DNA from: Candidatus Latescibacterota bacterium | Lineage (GTDB): Bacteria; Latescibacterota; UBA2968; GCA-2709665 | Assembly (NCBI GenBank): GCA_965116875.1 | Contig: OZ220733.1 | Location: forward strand, 3,872,001-3,936,000 | Length of the DNA: 64,000 bases | Direction of reading: 5' to 3' | Shown: one piece after another, positions 47,575 to 57,628 of the stretch | How the letters are laid out: each line of letters opens with the position of its first letter | Position numbering within the stretch: position 1 is the first letter of the stretch | Notes under the pieces: generated by a model | Databases searched by the model: none | The model's input: only the letters and a program-made list of their open reading frames with translations | Told to the model about the DNA's origin: nothing | Program-made: the position numbers and the translations under genes

Positions 47575-48543
47575 CTACGGGACAAGAAGCACCTTGCCCG
47601 TCGTCCGTCTGCCTTCCAGGAGCCGATGGGCTTCCCGTGCATCCGACAGGGGCAGCGTTCGGTCGATCCGCAGATTGAGCTTCCCGGATTGAATCCAGCC
47701 AAGCACGTCCCCGGCGCGTTGTTCCAGCTCTTCCCGGTTCGCAGTGTAGTCGACAAGGGTGGGGCGCGTGATGAAGATCGAGCCGAGACGGGAAAGCAAC
47801 AGCGGATCGACCGGCGGCACCGGACCGCTGGCATTGCCGAACAGTACGAGGTAGCCCCTGGGACACAGGCTGTTCATGCTCTTTTCCCACGTGGTCTTAC
47901 CCACCGAGTCGTATGCGACGTGCACGCCCCGGCCGTCGGTGAGCCGATTGACTTCGGCTTCGAAATCCTGCTCGGTGTATCTGATGACTTCATCCGCCCC
48001 GGCGTCCCGTGCCAGTTTCGCCTTTTCTTCCGTTGACACCGTTCCGATGACGCGCGCGCCCCGCATTTTCGCCATCTGAACCAGAATGAGTCCCACGCCC
48101 CCCGCCGCCGCGTGGATGAGAACGGTGTCGCCTTCCAGGACGTTGCACGTACTGTGAACGAGATAGTGGGATGTCATACCCTGGAGCATGGCGGCCGCGC
48201 CGGTCACGGCATCCACGCCACCGGGGAGTCTGACGAGTCGTTCCTGCGGGGCCGCGACGAACTCGGCGTAGGAACCGGGTACTCCCGCGTAGGCGACAAG
48301 GTCTCCCACCCGGAAGTCCGTGGCGTCGGTACCCAGGGCCGTCACCGTGCCCGCGGCCTCGAGGCCGGGAATGAAGGGCAGGTCCAGTGGATAGAGACCC
48401 GTGCGATGGTAGGTGTCGATGTAATTCAGACCGATGGCTTCGATTTTGACCAGTACCTCGCCCGGTCCGGGATTGGGATTCGCAACGTCTTTATAGCAGA
48501 GGACCTCGGGTCCGCCTGTGCGGGCAACCTGAATCGCTTTCAT
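47575..48543 (-). CDS. qor: NADPH:quinone oxidoreductase (zeta-crystallin/Qor)
   Basis: GGPEVL, GLNYIDTY.R.G.Y, HAAAGGVG, YDSVG, GRRTTGK. Confidence 0.92.
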   Translation of the reverse strand: MKAIQVARTGGPEVLCYKDVANPNPGPGEVLVKIEAIGLNYIDTYHRTGLYPLDLPFIPGLEAAGTVTALGTDATDFRVGDLVAYAGVPGSYAEFVAAPQERLVRLPGGVDAVTGAAAMLQGMTSHYLVHSTCNVLEGDTVLIHAAAGGVGLILVQMAKMRGARVIGTVSTEEKAKLARDAGADEVIRYTEQDFEAEVNRLTDGRGVHVAYDSVGKTTWEKSMNSLCPRGYLVLFGNASGPVPPVDPLLLSRLGSIFITRPTLVDYTANREELEQRAGDVLGWIQSGKLNLRIDRTLPLSDAREAHRLLEGRRTTGKVLLVP

Positions 48544-48565
48544 GGAAAACTCCTTCAGGGTTTTA

Positions 48566-48727
48566 GAAGCTGCCTTAAAATTCCCGGCGGTCTTCGCGCG
48601 GCTGCAAAAGCGCCGGTCGGCGTTGGTCAAGCCCACCCGTATAGACAAATATGGGCGGGCTTTCCCGCCTTGACCGCCGCCTTTTCGCCCGCGCTCGGGA
48701 ACTCACCGGTAATTTTAAGACAACTTC
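48566..48727. mobile_element. MITE family B copy 2 (162 bp)
   Basis: Reverse-complement match to 22884-23045; flanks TTA/TCA, the TCA being the TGA stop of the TonB receptor gene. Confidence 0.9.
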
Positions 48728-50887
48728 TCAGTGCCTGGCCGTAATGCCGAGTGAAATGCGTCTGGGCGAACCCAGATTGCGTTCGACGACGGCGTAGTTG
48801 TATTCCAGAGCATTGTGCGCCTTCAGCACCACCTGGACCTCACCGAAAGCGTAAGCGGCCGAGAGGTCCAGGAGGTAGACCGGTATGAGATCGCGGTTCC
48901 CTTCCGGTAACAGACCGGATGCGCGCAGGATCCGGCTTCTGAATCTCAAGCGGCCTGCCAATGTGAGCCGGCCGAACGTGGTCTGCAAACCGGCGGTGGC
49001 AATGTGCCGGGGGCGGTAGGGCAGCGGAAGATCGCCTTCCGGAAGGTTTTCAATCGCGGCGATGAAGGTATAGTTCCCCTCAAGGCGAACCGGATCGATC
49101 GCCGCGGCCAGGCTCGCCTCGACGCCGGCGATACGGCCCTTCGCCACGTTCCTGAACTGCACGACGCCGGCGGCGTCCGGCCTGGCCTCCACGAGATCCC
49201 GGTACCGACTCCAGAATGTCGCGGCGCTGATGACCGACCAGGGCGACGGACGGTGATCCAGTGCGACTTCTGCGGAGATGCTCCTTTCTGCCGTGAGGCC
49301 GGTATTGGGAATAATGGGAATCGCGGAGAAGGTGGCGTCGGTGTAGATTTCGGCGATTGAGGGACCCCTGAAACCCCATCCCAGGGTTCCGCGTAACGTT
49401 GTGCTTCCGGATGTTCGATACGAGAACCCCAGCTTGGGGCTCAGCCGGTTTTCCGCGTCCCTGTCGTCTGTGCGATATCGGTCGTAGCGGCCGCCCGCCG
49501 AGAGCGTCATCCGATCCGAGGGTTCGATTTCGGCCTGGCCATAGGCCGCCAGGTTGAGCCCCGTGTGGTCGCCGAAGAGATGATCTGACGAGTGTACGAC
49601 GTCATGAATCCACTGTGTGCCGAACGTAAGCGCCACGTTCCCGGTCGGCTGGAGATCCAACTGGAGTTCCTGCCCCATCTTGTATGCTTCCGACGACGTT
49701 CTCCCGCCGATTTCGTTGTCGAATTCCGTGCGATACACGAACGATTTGAGTCGATAGCCCGATTGCGGATTGAACAGATGGTAGAAGTCGACGTTCAGGT
49801 TCAGTTTCTGGGATACGGTCTTGTCTCCCCTGGCGCTCTCCGGCACCTCAAGGGGCTCGTTTCTGTCTTTCCACAGCACAAACGTACCGTGATCGTCCAG
49901 CGCCCAGTTGCAGGTTGCCGTAAGCGTTGCCGCTGCCTTGAACCGGTGTTGGAGTTTGCCGAAGAGCTTGTATCTCCTGTGCCACGCGTTTTCCCTGAAA
50001 CCGTTGGTCCACTTCTGCCCCGCGCCCAGAATGAACCCGGTGTTCCCGGACTGCCTGGAATGGCTGATGTACGTGCCTTCGTAGTATCTCCCGCTCGACG
50101 ACCAGCGCCACTCCTGATGGACGGGCTCGCTGTATCGGCCGCCCAGGAACCGGAAGAGCGTTTCCGGTTCCGGAGACGGATCCCGGGTGATGACGTTGAT
50201 GATGCCCCCGAGTGCGCCCGTACCGTAAAGTGCGGAACCTGCGCCCTTGATGATTTCCACGCGTGCGATCTGGTCGATTGGAATGGCGTCCCATTTGACG
50301 TCGGCGTTATCGGCCGACAGCGCCGGAAAGCCGTCGATCAGCATGAGTACGCGGCTTCCTGTACCGCGGGAATAGCCGCTGGACCCCCTTATATTGACCT
50401 GGCCTCCCACCATATTGACGCCGGGAACGTATTCCAGGGATTCGTTCAGCGTGGCAGAGTTGTCGGACTGGATTTCCTCGGAGTCGATGAGCGAAACGCT
50501 TGTCGGCGCGTCGACGAAGTTGCGTGCGCGTTTGCTTGCGGAGACCACGATGGCGGGCATCCGGATCGGCGAGGGCGTGAGCCGGACGGAAAGCCTCACG
50601 GTATCGTTTGCGGCAACCTGAACGTCCTCCATGACGTGGGGTATGAAACCAAGCAGCGAAACGGAGAGGGTATAGAGGCCGGGCGGCAGACCCGTCAGGC
50701 CGAACGCTCCTTCGACGCCGGTCTCGGTTCCGATACCAGTGCCAAGCAATACGACGTATGCGCCCGGCAGGGGTTCACCGGTCGTTTCGTCGGTTGTCCG
50801 TCCGACGATCGTGCCGGAGGCTTCCGCCTGCAGCGCCGAGCCCGGAAAGAGAAGGCAGAGGAGGCAGAAAACCCATGCAAATTTCAC
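48728..50887 (-). CDS. TonB-dependent receptor with carboxypeptidase-regulatory-like N-terminal domain
   Basis: Signal peptide from GTG 50887; TGEPLPGA, VVSASK, IRG, IDG.P, EIIKGAGSALYG.GA.GGIIN plug, beta-barrel. Confidence 0.9.
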   Translation of the reverse strand: MKFAWVFCLLCLLFPGSALQAEASGTIVGRTTDETTGEPLPGAYVVLLGTGIGTETGVEGAFGLTGLPPGLYTLSVSLLGFIPHVMEDVQVAANDTVRLSVRLTPSPIRMPAIVVSASKRARNFVDAPTSVSLIDSEEIQSDNSATLNESLEYVPGVNMVGGQVNIRGSSGYSRGTGSRVLMLIDGFPALSADNADVKWDAIPIDQIARVEIIKGAGSALYGTGALGGIINVITRDPSPEPETLFRFLGGRYSEPVHQEWRWSSSGRYYEGTYISHSRQSGNTGFILGAGQKWTNGFRENAWHRRYKLFGKLQHRFKAAATLTATCNWALDDHGTFVLWKDRNEPLEVPESARGDKTVSQKLNLNVDFYHLFNPQSGYRLKSFVYRTEFDNEIGGRTSSEAYKMGQELQLDLQPTGNVALTFGTQWIHDVVHSSDHLFGDHTGLNLAAYGQAEIEPSDRMTLSAGGRYDRYRTDDRDAENRLSPKLGFSYRTSGSTTLRGTLGWGFRGPSIAEIYTDATFSAIPIIPNTGLTAERSISAEVALDHRPSPWSVISAATFWSRYRDLVEARPDAAGVVQFRNVAKGRIAGVEASLAAAIDPVRLEGNYTFIAAIENLPEGDLPLPYRPRHIATAGLQTTFGRLTLAGRLRFRSRILRASGLLPEGNRDLIPVYLLDLSAAYAFGEVQVVLKAHNALEYNYAVVERNLGSPRRISLGITARH

Positions 50888-51365
50888 GATCCGGACGATC
50901 GGCGCCCTGCACGAGGTCGAAATAGGTCTGGATATCGACATTTTTCGTGGTTTCGCCCAGGTGAACCTGCACCGGTGTGGGCAGGGTGTCATTGCCAACG
51001 TGGTAACAGCCGAGCAGAGAGTCAAAGTTCCAGAAACCGCCTCGAGGCCGCCAGGCCACGACAATCCACTCATAGACGCCCGGCTCTTCCAGTGGGACGA
51101 AATAATCGAATCGCACCGCCCCGATGGTCACGGTTGTGTCCCAGCCGGCAATATTGAAGAAGTCGGCCAGCGCCTGCGGGCGTCGCCGGTATACCGCCAC
51201 AGCCACGTCATCGGTCTCCGGCGGCCACTCCCCATTGAAAACGAGGGTTCCCTTGATACCCGTACCGTCGGGGGGCCCAGGCCCGAGGCCGCCTCCGCAG
51301 GCGATCATGACCAGGAAGGCCGTTGGTATCAAACGCTTTAAAAAGGACTCGCCACGGGGCGGCAT
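50775..51365 (-). CDS. Putative lipoprotein
   Basis: Lipobox-like LVMIAC followed by a GIKGTLVF beta-rich domain. Confidence 0.65.
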   Translation of the reverse strand: MPPRGESFLKRLIPTAFLVMIACGGGLGPGPPDGTGIKGTLVFNGEWPPETDDVAVAVYRRRPQALADFFNIAGWDTTVTIGAVRFDYFVPLEEPGVYEWIVVAWRPRGGFWNFDSLLGCYHVGNDTLPTPVQVHLGETTKNVDIQTYFDLVQGADRPDREICMGFLPPLPSLSGLGAAGGSLRHDRRTDNRRNDR

Positions 51366-51491
51366 TTCAGGGTTCCTCGCCCGGCCGCTGCCGGAAAAAG
51401 CGGTTTTTCTTGACACGAAGAGGAGTAGAAAATATGTTTCAAGCGGGACTCGTGCGTATCATTTCATGTGTCAAATTCAGGAGGTCGGCCA

Positions 51492-52553
51492 ATGACGGTT
51501 ACAACGCTGCGGGCAGCCAAGGTTGCGGCGGGCGCCGTATTCGAACGGATCGGCGGCCTGGAGGCGGCTGCACATTACGGCGATTCCGCATCCGAGTATG
51601 CGGCGGTTAGAGAGGCCGCGGGTCTGGTTGATCGGAGCGACAGGGGTCACCTGCTGGTAACCGGCTCGGACCGTGCCCGTTTCCTGCACGGGATGTTGAG
51701 CAATACGGTGGAAGGGCTGGAAACCGGAGCGGGCAATTACGCAACGATGACGACCCCCCGGGGTCAGACATTGTCGGACGTATGGGTCTATTGCCGTGAG
51801 GAAGGTTTCCTGCTGGAGACCGAGCCCGGATTACAGACGAAACTGATGTCCTCCCTGGACAGATACCTGGTTGCGGATGACGTCCGGATCACGGACGTTA
51901 CGGGGTTACAGGCGACGTTCGGCGTCCACGGACCGGGCTCCCGCGCGCTGATTGCACGGGTGCTGGGTGAGGTTTCCACCGATCTTGCCGAATGCCAGAC
52001 GGTCGTCCGGACCCTGGGACGCACGGATGTAACCGTAACCGCGCGTTCCTATTCGGGAGAGCCGGGGTATGACGCGCGGATCGAGGCGGACGGTGCGCTT
52101 CGCCTCTGGAATGAGCTGACATCCGCCGGGGCGCGTCCCGTGGGTACCCTGGCTATGGAGGCGTTGCGAATAGAGTCCGGCATTCCTCGATACGGCGTTG
52201 ACCTGGACGAACGGGTCGTGCCGCTCGAAGCGGGCCTTCACCACGCGGTCGACTTTACGAAGGGATGTTTTATCGGTCAGGAAACAATCGCCAAGATGCA
52301 CAACCTGGGCAAGCCCAGACGGTTCCTGGTTGGTTTACGCCTGGAGGCGGATACGGTTCCGCCCTCGGAAACACCGCTTCGAGACGGTGAAAAACAGATC
52401 GGATGGATTACCAGCAGTGTCCGTTCGCCTGCCCTGGGTCGGGTGGTATCGCTCGCATCCGTCCGCAGGGGGTATGAGCAGCCCGGTCTTTCTTTGTCTC
52501 TGGAATGCGGAGGCCGTGCCGAGGTGGTCGAACTGCCCTTTTATAGACGGTAG
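51492..52553 (+). CDS. ygfZ: Folate-binding GcvT/YgfZ family protein
   Basis: GSDRARFLHG, LRIESGIP, KGCFIGQE signature. Confidence 0.85.
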   Translation: MTVTTLRAAKVAAGAVFERIGGLEAAAHYGDSASEYAAVREAAGLVDRSDRGHLLVTGSDRARFLHGMLSNTVEGLETGAGNYATMTTPRGQTLSDVWVYCREEGFLLETEPGLQTKLMSSLDRYLVADDVRITDVTGLQATFGVHGPGSRALIARVLGEVSTDLAECQTVVRTLGRTDVTVTARSYSGEPGYDARIEADGALRLWNELTSAGARPVGTLAMEALRIESGIPRYGVDLDERVVPLEAGLHHAVDFTKGCFIGQETIAKMHNLGKPRRFLVGLRLEADTVPPSETPLRDGEKQIGWITSSVRSPALGRVVSLASVRRGYEQPGLSLSLECGGRAEVVELPFYRR

Positions 52554-52670
52554 CGGACCCGTTTCGACGCCAGTTACAATACAGGCGCAAATTGGGGATG
52601 TCAAGGGCTTTCTGGCACAGCGAAAGGTTGTGGCCCGGACGGTGGTTTCGGGCCGGAATCCATCGCGTTG

Positions 52671-52699
52671 TTGACTCTGCACATTTGTTCATTTATATT
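52671..52699 (+). promoter_or_regulatory. sigma70-type promoter of the folB operon
   Basis: TTGACT-17 bp-TATATT. Confidence 0.6.
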
Positions 52700-52793
52700 G
52701 ATATCCAGAAAGGAAAGGGTGCCGCGTGTACACGGCGGCGCTGGTTGATGATTTGAGGCTGGAAGCGCGCCCGGGAATTGTCTGAGACCGTCG

Positions 52794-53150
52794 ATGGGAA
52801 ACGACGTATTGCGCCTTAGAAATATGAGGTTCTTCGCCTACCACGGGCTGTTTCCCGAAGAGGCGAAACTGGGGCAGTGGTTCGAAGTGGACGTTGAGGT
52901 TTTCTCGGACTTCCGTGGCTATGCCCGGAAAGACGACGCCGGCGCCCTGGACTATGCTCGCATCTACGAAACGACGAAGACGGTCGTTACGTCCGAGCGT
53001 TTCGGACTCGTGGAGGCGCTTGCCGACCGTATCGCGGAGGTCCTGCAGTCGAGCTTTCATCTGAAGCGTCTGCGAGTCCGGGTGCGCAAGCCCAATCCGC
53101 CCATACAGGCAATTTTCGACGGCGTCGAAGTCGAAGTGGAGCGGGGATGA
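52794..53150 (+). CDS. folB: Dihydroneopterin aldolase
   Basis: FFAYHGLFPEE..LGQ.FEVD, DYA, LVEALA, VRKPNPP. Confidence 0.95.
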   Translation: MGNDVLRLRNMRFFAYHGLFPEEAKLGQWFEVDVEVFSDFRGYARKDDAGALDYARIYETTKTVVTSERFGLVEALADRIAEVLQSSFHLKRLRVRVRKPNPPIQAIFDGVEVEVERG

Positions 53151-53153
53151 CCC

Positions 53154-53666
53154 ATGGCGATTTCCTACATCGGTATGGGTGCGAACCTGGACGATCGCGC
53201 AGATGTGTTGCGACGGGCCGCTGTCGCGCTGGATCGGGACGATCGTCTCGAAGTGAAGGCTGTCTCCCCGGTATACGAGACCGCGCCGGTTGGGGTAACG
53301 GCGCAGCCGATGTTCCTGAATGCGGTGCTTGCAGCGGAAACAGACCTCGATCCGCACGCGCTGCTGGAATGCCTTCTCGCGGTCGAAAGAGGGTTCGGAA
53401 GGGTCCGCGGACAGAGGTGGGGGCCTCGGTTGCTGGATCTGGATATTCTCCTTTACGAGAATGACATCGTTCAGGGTAGAGGGCTGGAAATTCCACATCC
53501 AAGGTTACACGAGCGGGCTTTCGTGCTGGTTCCGCTGTGCGATCTGGCGCCTTGTGGTCTCCATCCGTTGTTCAACAAGACCTTTTCGGAATTGGCGGAA
53601 ACGATCGTTCCGACGCAGGAAGTACGAAAGCTGGACGGCGTTTCGCTGTTGTCGGTTTGCGCATAA
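53154..53666 (+). CDS. folK: 2-amino-4-hydroxy-6-hydroxymethyldihydropteridine diphosphokinase
   Basis: YIGMGANL, YETAP, FLNAV, WGPRLLDLDIL, PHPRLHERAFVL.PL. Confidence 0.96.
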   Translation: MAISYIGMGANLDDRADVLRRAAVALDRDDRLEVKAVSPVYETAPVGVTAQPMFLNAVLAAETDLDPHALLECLLAVERGFGRVRGQRWGPRLLDLDILLYENDIVQGRGLEIPHPRLHERAFVLVPLCDLAPCGLHPLFNKTFSELAETIVPTQEVRKLDGVSLLSVCA

Positions 53667-53677
53667 GGGCGTATTTC

Positions 53678-54319
53678 GTGGCCGTACGTTACCTCGCGAT
53701 CGAAGGTCCTCCCTGCGTGGGCAAGACCGAGTTGGCGCGCCTCCTCGGAAGGTCGATGAAGGCCCGTCTGGTCCTTGAGGAGGCGGAGGAGAACCCCTTT
53801 CTGCCCCTGTTCTACGAAAACCCGGAACAATACGGATTCCAGACGCAGGTTTTCTTCATGCTGCACCGGTACCGGCAGCAACAGGACCTTCACCAGATGG
53901 ACCTGTTCGAATCCACGGTGGTCAGCAACTATCTGTTCGCCAGAAGCGGGATATACGCCCATGTCTGCCTTAACGACGCCGAACTTTCCCTGTACGAGCG
54001 CGTGGCCGAGACGCTCGATGAAAAGGTGCCGAGTCCCGATCTGGTCATCTACCTCCACAATTCAACCGAAAGTCTCCTTCAGCGCGTTCGCAAACAGACG
54101 CCTTCGTACGAACGTCTGATGACTGAATCGTACATGGCCAGGCTCGTCGAGGCGTACACTCACTTTTTCTTTCACTATTCCGAGTCGCCTTTGCTCATCA
54201 TTAACGTGTCTCAGGTCGACTTCGTACGGAATCCCGAGGGCCTGGAGGAACTGCTGCAGCAGGTGAAGGCGCCGCCCGCGGGCACCCGCTATTATCGCCC
54301 CTCTCAGATTAAGGCCTGA
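53678..54319 (+). CDS. Deoxynucleoside kinase
   Basis: IEGPPCVGKT, ENPFL..FY, FQTQVFF, PDLVIYL. Confidence 0.9.
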   Translation: MAVRYLAIEGPPCVGKTELARLLGRSMKARLVLEEAEENPFLPLFYENPEQYGFQTQVFFMLHRYRQQQDLHQMDLFESTVVSNYLFARSGIYAHVCLNDAELSLYERVAETLDEKVPSPDLVIYLHNSTESLLQRVRKQTPSYERLMTESYMARLVEAYTHFFFHYSESPLLIINVSQVDFVRNPEGLEELLQQVKAPPAGTRYYRPSQIKA

Positions 54320-54356
54320 TCACGGAACGCGCGTTGAAAAACGGATACGCAGGTAA

Positions 54357-54465
54357 GAAGCTGTTTTAACATTCACGGTGAGTCCCGACTGGCGCTTTTG
54401 CAACCGCCTGCCTTGCCCGCGGCAGCAGGCAGGCGCGATGCCGCCGGGGGTCTTAAGACAGCTTC
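54357..54465. mobile_element. MITE family B degenerate copy carrying a nested 27-bp palindrome
   Basis: Ends GAAGCTGTTTTAA / TTAAGACAGCTTC; internal blocks GGTGAGT and GGCGCTTTTGCA retained. Confidence 0.75.
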
Positions 54466-54481
54466 CAAGGGAGTTCAAGAG

Positions 54482-55324
54482 GTGTCCGACGAGGAATCAC
54501 GTACCACGACAGGTGTCTTGCCGGAGATGAAGCGGCGGGGCGAACCGATCGCCATGTTGACGTGTTACGATTTTCCCACCGCCATCCAGCAGGATGCGTC
54601 GAACGTGGATGTCATCCTGGTTGGCGATTCGGTGGGGATGAACATCCTTGGATACGAAAGTCCCCAGCAGGTAACCATGGAGGATATGCTGCACCACACC
54701 CGTGCCGTCAGACGTGGCGTCCGGAATGCAATCCTGCTGGCGGATCTGCCCTACCGGTCCTACGAGACCGACGCCCAGGCGGTTGCCAACGCCCGACTGT
54801 TGGCGGACGCGGGCGCCGATATGGTCAAACTCGAAGGCGCGGAAGAGGTGGCGGGAAGGATGGGCGCGATCACGGCGGACGGCATCGCTGCGGTCGGCCA
54901 CGTGGGCCATATGCCTCAGACGTGGACGGGAAACAGACACGTCTACGGTGACCGCGCCGACGAGGCTGCCCGTGTTCTCTCGGGAGCGCTCGCGCTCGAG
55001 GCCGCGGGGGCGTCAGCCGTGGTGCTTGAATGCGTTCCCGAACGGGTGGCCGGCGTGGTTTCGCGCGCGTTGAGTATCCCTACAATCGGCATCGGGTCGG
55101 GTCGACGGTGCGACGGCCAGGTGCTGGTGGCGCCGGATCTGTTGGGGCTCAATGATTTTTCATTCAGGTATTCCAAACGGTACGCGGAACTCGGGGGCAC
55201 CATCCGCAAGGCTTTTGCGAAATACGTCGTTGACGTGAAGGAAAAGCGTTATCCGGCCGAGGAGCATCGTTATCGTATCCGAAACGAAGAGTTGCGGAAG
55301 TTCAAGGCGCTCGCGGAAGAGTGA
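54482..55324 (+). CDS. panB: 3-methyl-2-oxobutanoate hydroxymethyltransferase
   Basis: MLTCYD, ILVGDS.G, DLPY, VKLEG, GHVG, LECVP, IGIGSG..CDGQVLV. Confidence 0.96.
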   Translation: MSDEESRTTTGVLPEMKRRGEPIAMLTCYDFPTAIQQDASNVDVILVGDSVGMNILGYESPQQVTMEDMLHHTRAVRRGVRNAILLADLPYRSYETDAQAVANARLLADAGADMVKLEGAEEVAGRMGAITADGIAAVGHVGHMPQTWTGNRHVYGDRADEAARVLSGALALEAAGASAVVLECVPERVAGVVSRALSIPTIGIGSGRRCDGQVLVAPDLLGLNDFSFRYSKRYAELGGTIRKAFAKYVVDVKEKRYPAEEHRYRIRNEELRKFKALAEE

Positions 55325-55401
55325 ACTCGCGGTCCACACGTTATTGATGATACCGTGGGGCGGGGATCTCTCGCCCTGCGTTTTTGTTTCAGGGGTAAGC
55401 G

Positions 55402-56283
55402 ATGGAAGCTGCCAGGGTCATTCGGAGCGTTCAGGACATGCATCGGGTTGCGGACCGGATGCGGAAGGACGGACTCCGGATCGGACTGGTACCTACGATG
55501 GGGTATCTCCACGAAGGACATGCCAGCCTGATGCGCCAGATCGGGCGGGTGACCGACCGGACGGTTGTGAGCGTCTTCGTCAATCCGGTCCAGTTCGGAC
55601 CCGATGAGGATTTCGAGACGTATCCCCGCGATTTCGAACGGGACCTGGCGATGGTCCGATCGGAGGAAGGCGCCCTGGTCTACGCGCCGCCAAAGGTGGA
55701 GATGTACCCGGACGGCTATGCGACGTACGTGGACGTGGAGCGGCTGGCTGACCATCTGTGCGGAGCGTCCCGTCCCGGTCATTTCCGGGGCGTGGCAACG
55801 GTCGTGACCAAACTCTTCACGGCCGTGAAACCGCACGTGGCCGTATTCGGCCGGAAGGACGCCCAGCAGGCGGGGGTTGTCCGCAGGTTGGCGGCCGATC
55901 TGAATCTGGACGTGGAAATCATGATCGCGCCAACGGTAAGAGAAGCGGACGGGTTGGCCAAGAGTTCACGAAACCGTTACCTGACGCCCCGCCATCGCCG
56001 TAGCGCCACGGTGCTATTCAGCGCCCTGCAGGCAGGTCGAGATCTGGTGCTGGGGGGCGAAAGACGCGCGTCGGTGGTCATCAACGACATGACTCGCCGC
56101 CTCACCCGGAGCCCGGGCGTGGAGGTTGACTACGTCGCGGCGGTCGATTCGGAGGATTTCCGGCCTGTTGAAGAGCTTGGAGACAGAGTGCTTCTGGCGG
56201 CGGCAGTCCGGATCGGCGAATCCCGGCTCATCGACAACATTGTCGTGGAAACCGAATGCCGGGCGGTTCTGGAACCACGATAA
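55402..56283 (+). CDS. panC: Pantoate--beta-alanine ligase
   Basis: VPTMGYLHEGH, FVNPVQF, RPGHFRGV, FG.KDAQQ, DGLAKSSRN, RLIDN. Confidence 0.96.
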   Translation: MEAARVIRSVQDMHRVADRMRKDGLRIGLVPTMGYLHEGHASLMRQIGRVTDRTVVSVFVNPVQFGPDEDFETYPRDFERDLAMVRSEEGALVYAPPKVEMYPDGYATYVDVERLADHLCGASRPGHFRGVATVVTKLFTAVKPHVAVFGRKDAQQAGVVRRLAADLNLDVEIMIAPTVREADGLAKSSRNRYLTPRHRRSATVLFSALQAGRDLVLGGERRASVVINDMTRRLTRSPGVEVDYVAAVDSEDFRPVEELGDRVLLAAAVRIGESRLIDNIVVETECRAVLEPR

Positions 56284-56323
56284 GTGTAAGTTTTTTTTAT
56301 AAGTAAGGCGGGATTGAAATCGC

Positions 56324-56352
56324 TTGACGACGTGCCCTTTCTTCGTTATATT
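56324..56352 (+). promoter_or_regulatory. sigma70-type promoter of sodA
   Basis: TTGACG-17 bp-TATATT. Confidence 0.6.
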
Positions 56353-56423
56353 TTTTTCTCGGATGTTTTACGGAAGTGTCCGGTTTTGTCTCCCATCCTC
56401 AATTACCTGAAGGAGTGTACTCA

Positions 56424-57038
56424 ATGGCTTATTCACTTCCCGATCTGCCGTACGGTTATGATGCTCTCGAGCCCCATATAGACGCCCGCACGATGGAAAT
56501 TCACCATAGCAGGCACCACAACACGTATATCACGAACCTGAACAACGCACTCAACGGGCACGCCGACCTGGCCGACCAGAGTGTCGAAGATCTCGTGAGT
56601 AATCTCGATGGCGTTCCGGAGGCAATTCGTACGGCGGTCCGGAACAATGGCGGCGGCCATGCCAATCACAGCCTGTTCTGGTCGGTGATGTCTCCGGACG
56701 GGGGCGGCGATCCGTCCGGTGATCTGGCCGACGCGATCAACGATGCATTCGGCAGCCTGGACGCGGCTCGCGACGAGTTCGTGCAGGCGGCAACGACTCG
56801 TTTCGGCAGCGGTTGGGCGTGGGTCGTCGTGAAGGACGGTGGTCTGGCGATTCTCAGCACCCCGAATCAGGACAGCCCGCTGATGTCCGGCGACGGTACG
56901 CCAATACTCGGACTGGATGTCTGGGAGCACGCTTATTACCTGAATTATCAGAACCGGCGACCCGATTATATCCAGGCCTGGGGAAACGTGATTGACTGGG
57001 ACGCGGTGGCGGCCCGATTCGCCGCTGCAACTTCCTGA
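56424..57038 (+). CDS. sodA: Superoxide dismutase, Mn-type
   Basis: [37 protein letters not shown]. Confidence 0.95.
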   Translation: MAYSLPDLPYGYDALEPHIDARTMEIHHSRHHNTYITNLNNALNGHADLADQSVEDLVSNLDGVPEAIRTAVRNNGGGHANHSLFWSVMSPDGGGDPSGDLADAINDAFGSLDAARDEFVQAATTRFGSGWAWVVVKDGGLAILSTPNQDSPLMSGDGTPILGLDVWEHAYYLNYQNRRPDYIQAWGNVIDWDAVAARFAAATS

Positions 57039-57137
57039 CCCGGTCCGCGGACACTGCGTGCCGGGGAAGCGCCTGCCGCTGTTTATTCGGTTCGGAATTC
57101 CGGTCGGCATGCTGGAAATACAAGAAAGGAACATCTT

Positions 57138-57614
57138 ATGGGGATCAATGTAGGCGATCAGGCGCCCGACTTCACCCTGAAGAGCAAGCGCGGTGAACTC
57201 GAGGATGTGGCGTTGAGCGGTTTCAGAGGTAAAAGGAACGTCGTGCTGCTGTTTTTTCCACTTGCGTATACTTCGGTCTGTACAGATGAAATGTGCTCGG
57301 TGAGCGGGGGCCTTTCCGAGTACGACGATTTGAACGCGCAGGTGCTGGGAGTCAGTGTGGACAGCCCTTTCGCCCAGGAAGCCTGGGCGGATCAGAACGG
57401 TATCTCCTTCCCGCTGCTGAGCGATTTCAACAAGGAAGTGAGCGCCGCCTACGGAGCTCAATATCAGGACCTTCTGGGTTTCAGGGGCGTTGCGAAACGC
57501 GCGGCGTTCGTTGTAGACCGGGAAGGGATCGTCCGGTACGCGGAAGTATCTGAAGACGCGACGGTAATTCCCGATTTTGACGCTGTAAAGCGCTGTCTTT
57601 CCTCAATCGGCTGA
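57138..57614 (+). CDS. Peroxiredoxin (AhpC/TSA family)
   Basis: FPLAYTSVCTDEMC (PxxxTxxC), FPLLSDF, RAAFVVD. Confidence 0.92.
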   Translation: MGINVGDQAPDFTLKSKRGELEDVALSGFRGKRNVVLLFFPLAYTSVCTDEMCSVSGGLSEYDDLNAQVLGVSVDSPFAQEAWADQNGISFPLLSDFNKEVSAAYGAQYQDLLGFRGVAKRAAFVVDREGIVRYAEVSEDATVIPDFDAVKRCLSSIG

Positions 57615-57628
57615 TCGACAGCGTTTAA

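Noticed and set aside
51366-51491. Cobalamin riboswitch ahead of the lipoprotein/TonB receptor
   Set aside because: The intergenic region is only about 125 bp, holds a divergent promoter and lacks a B12 box.
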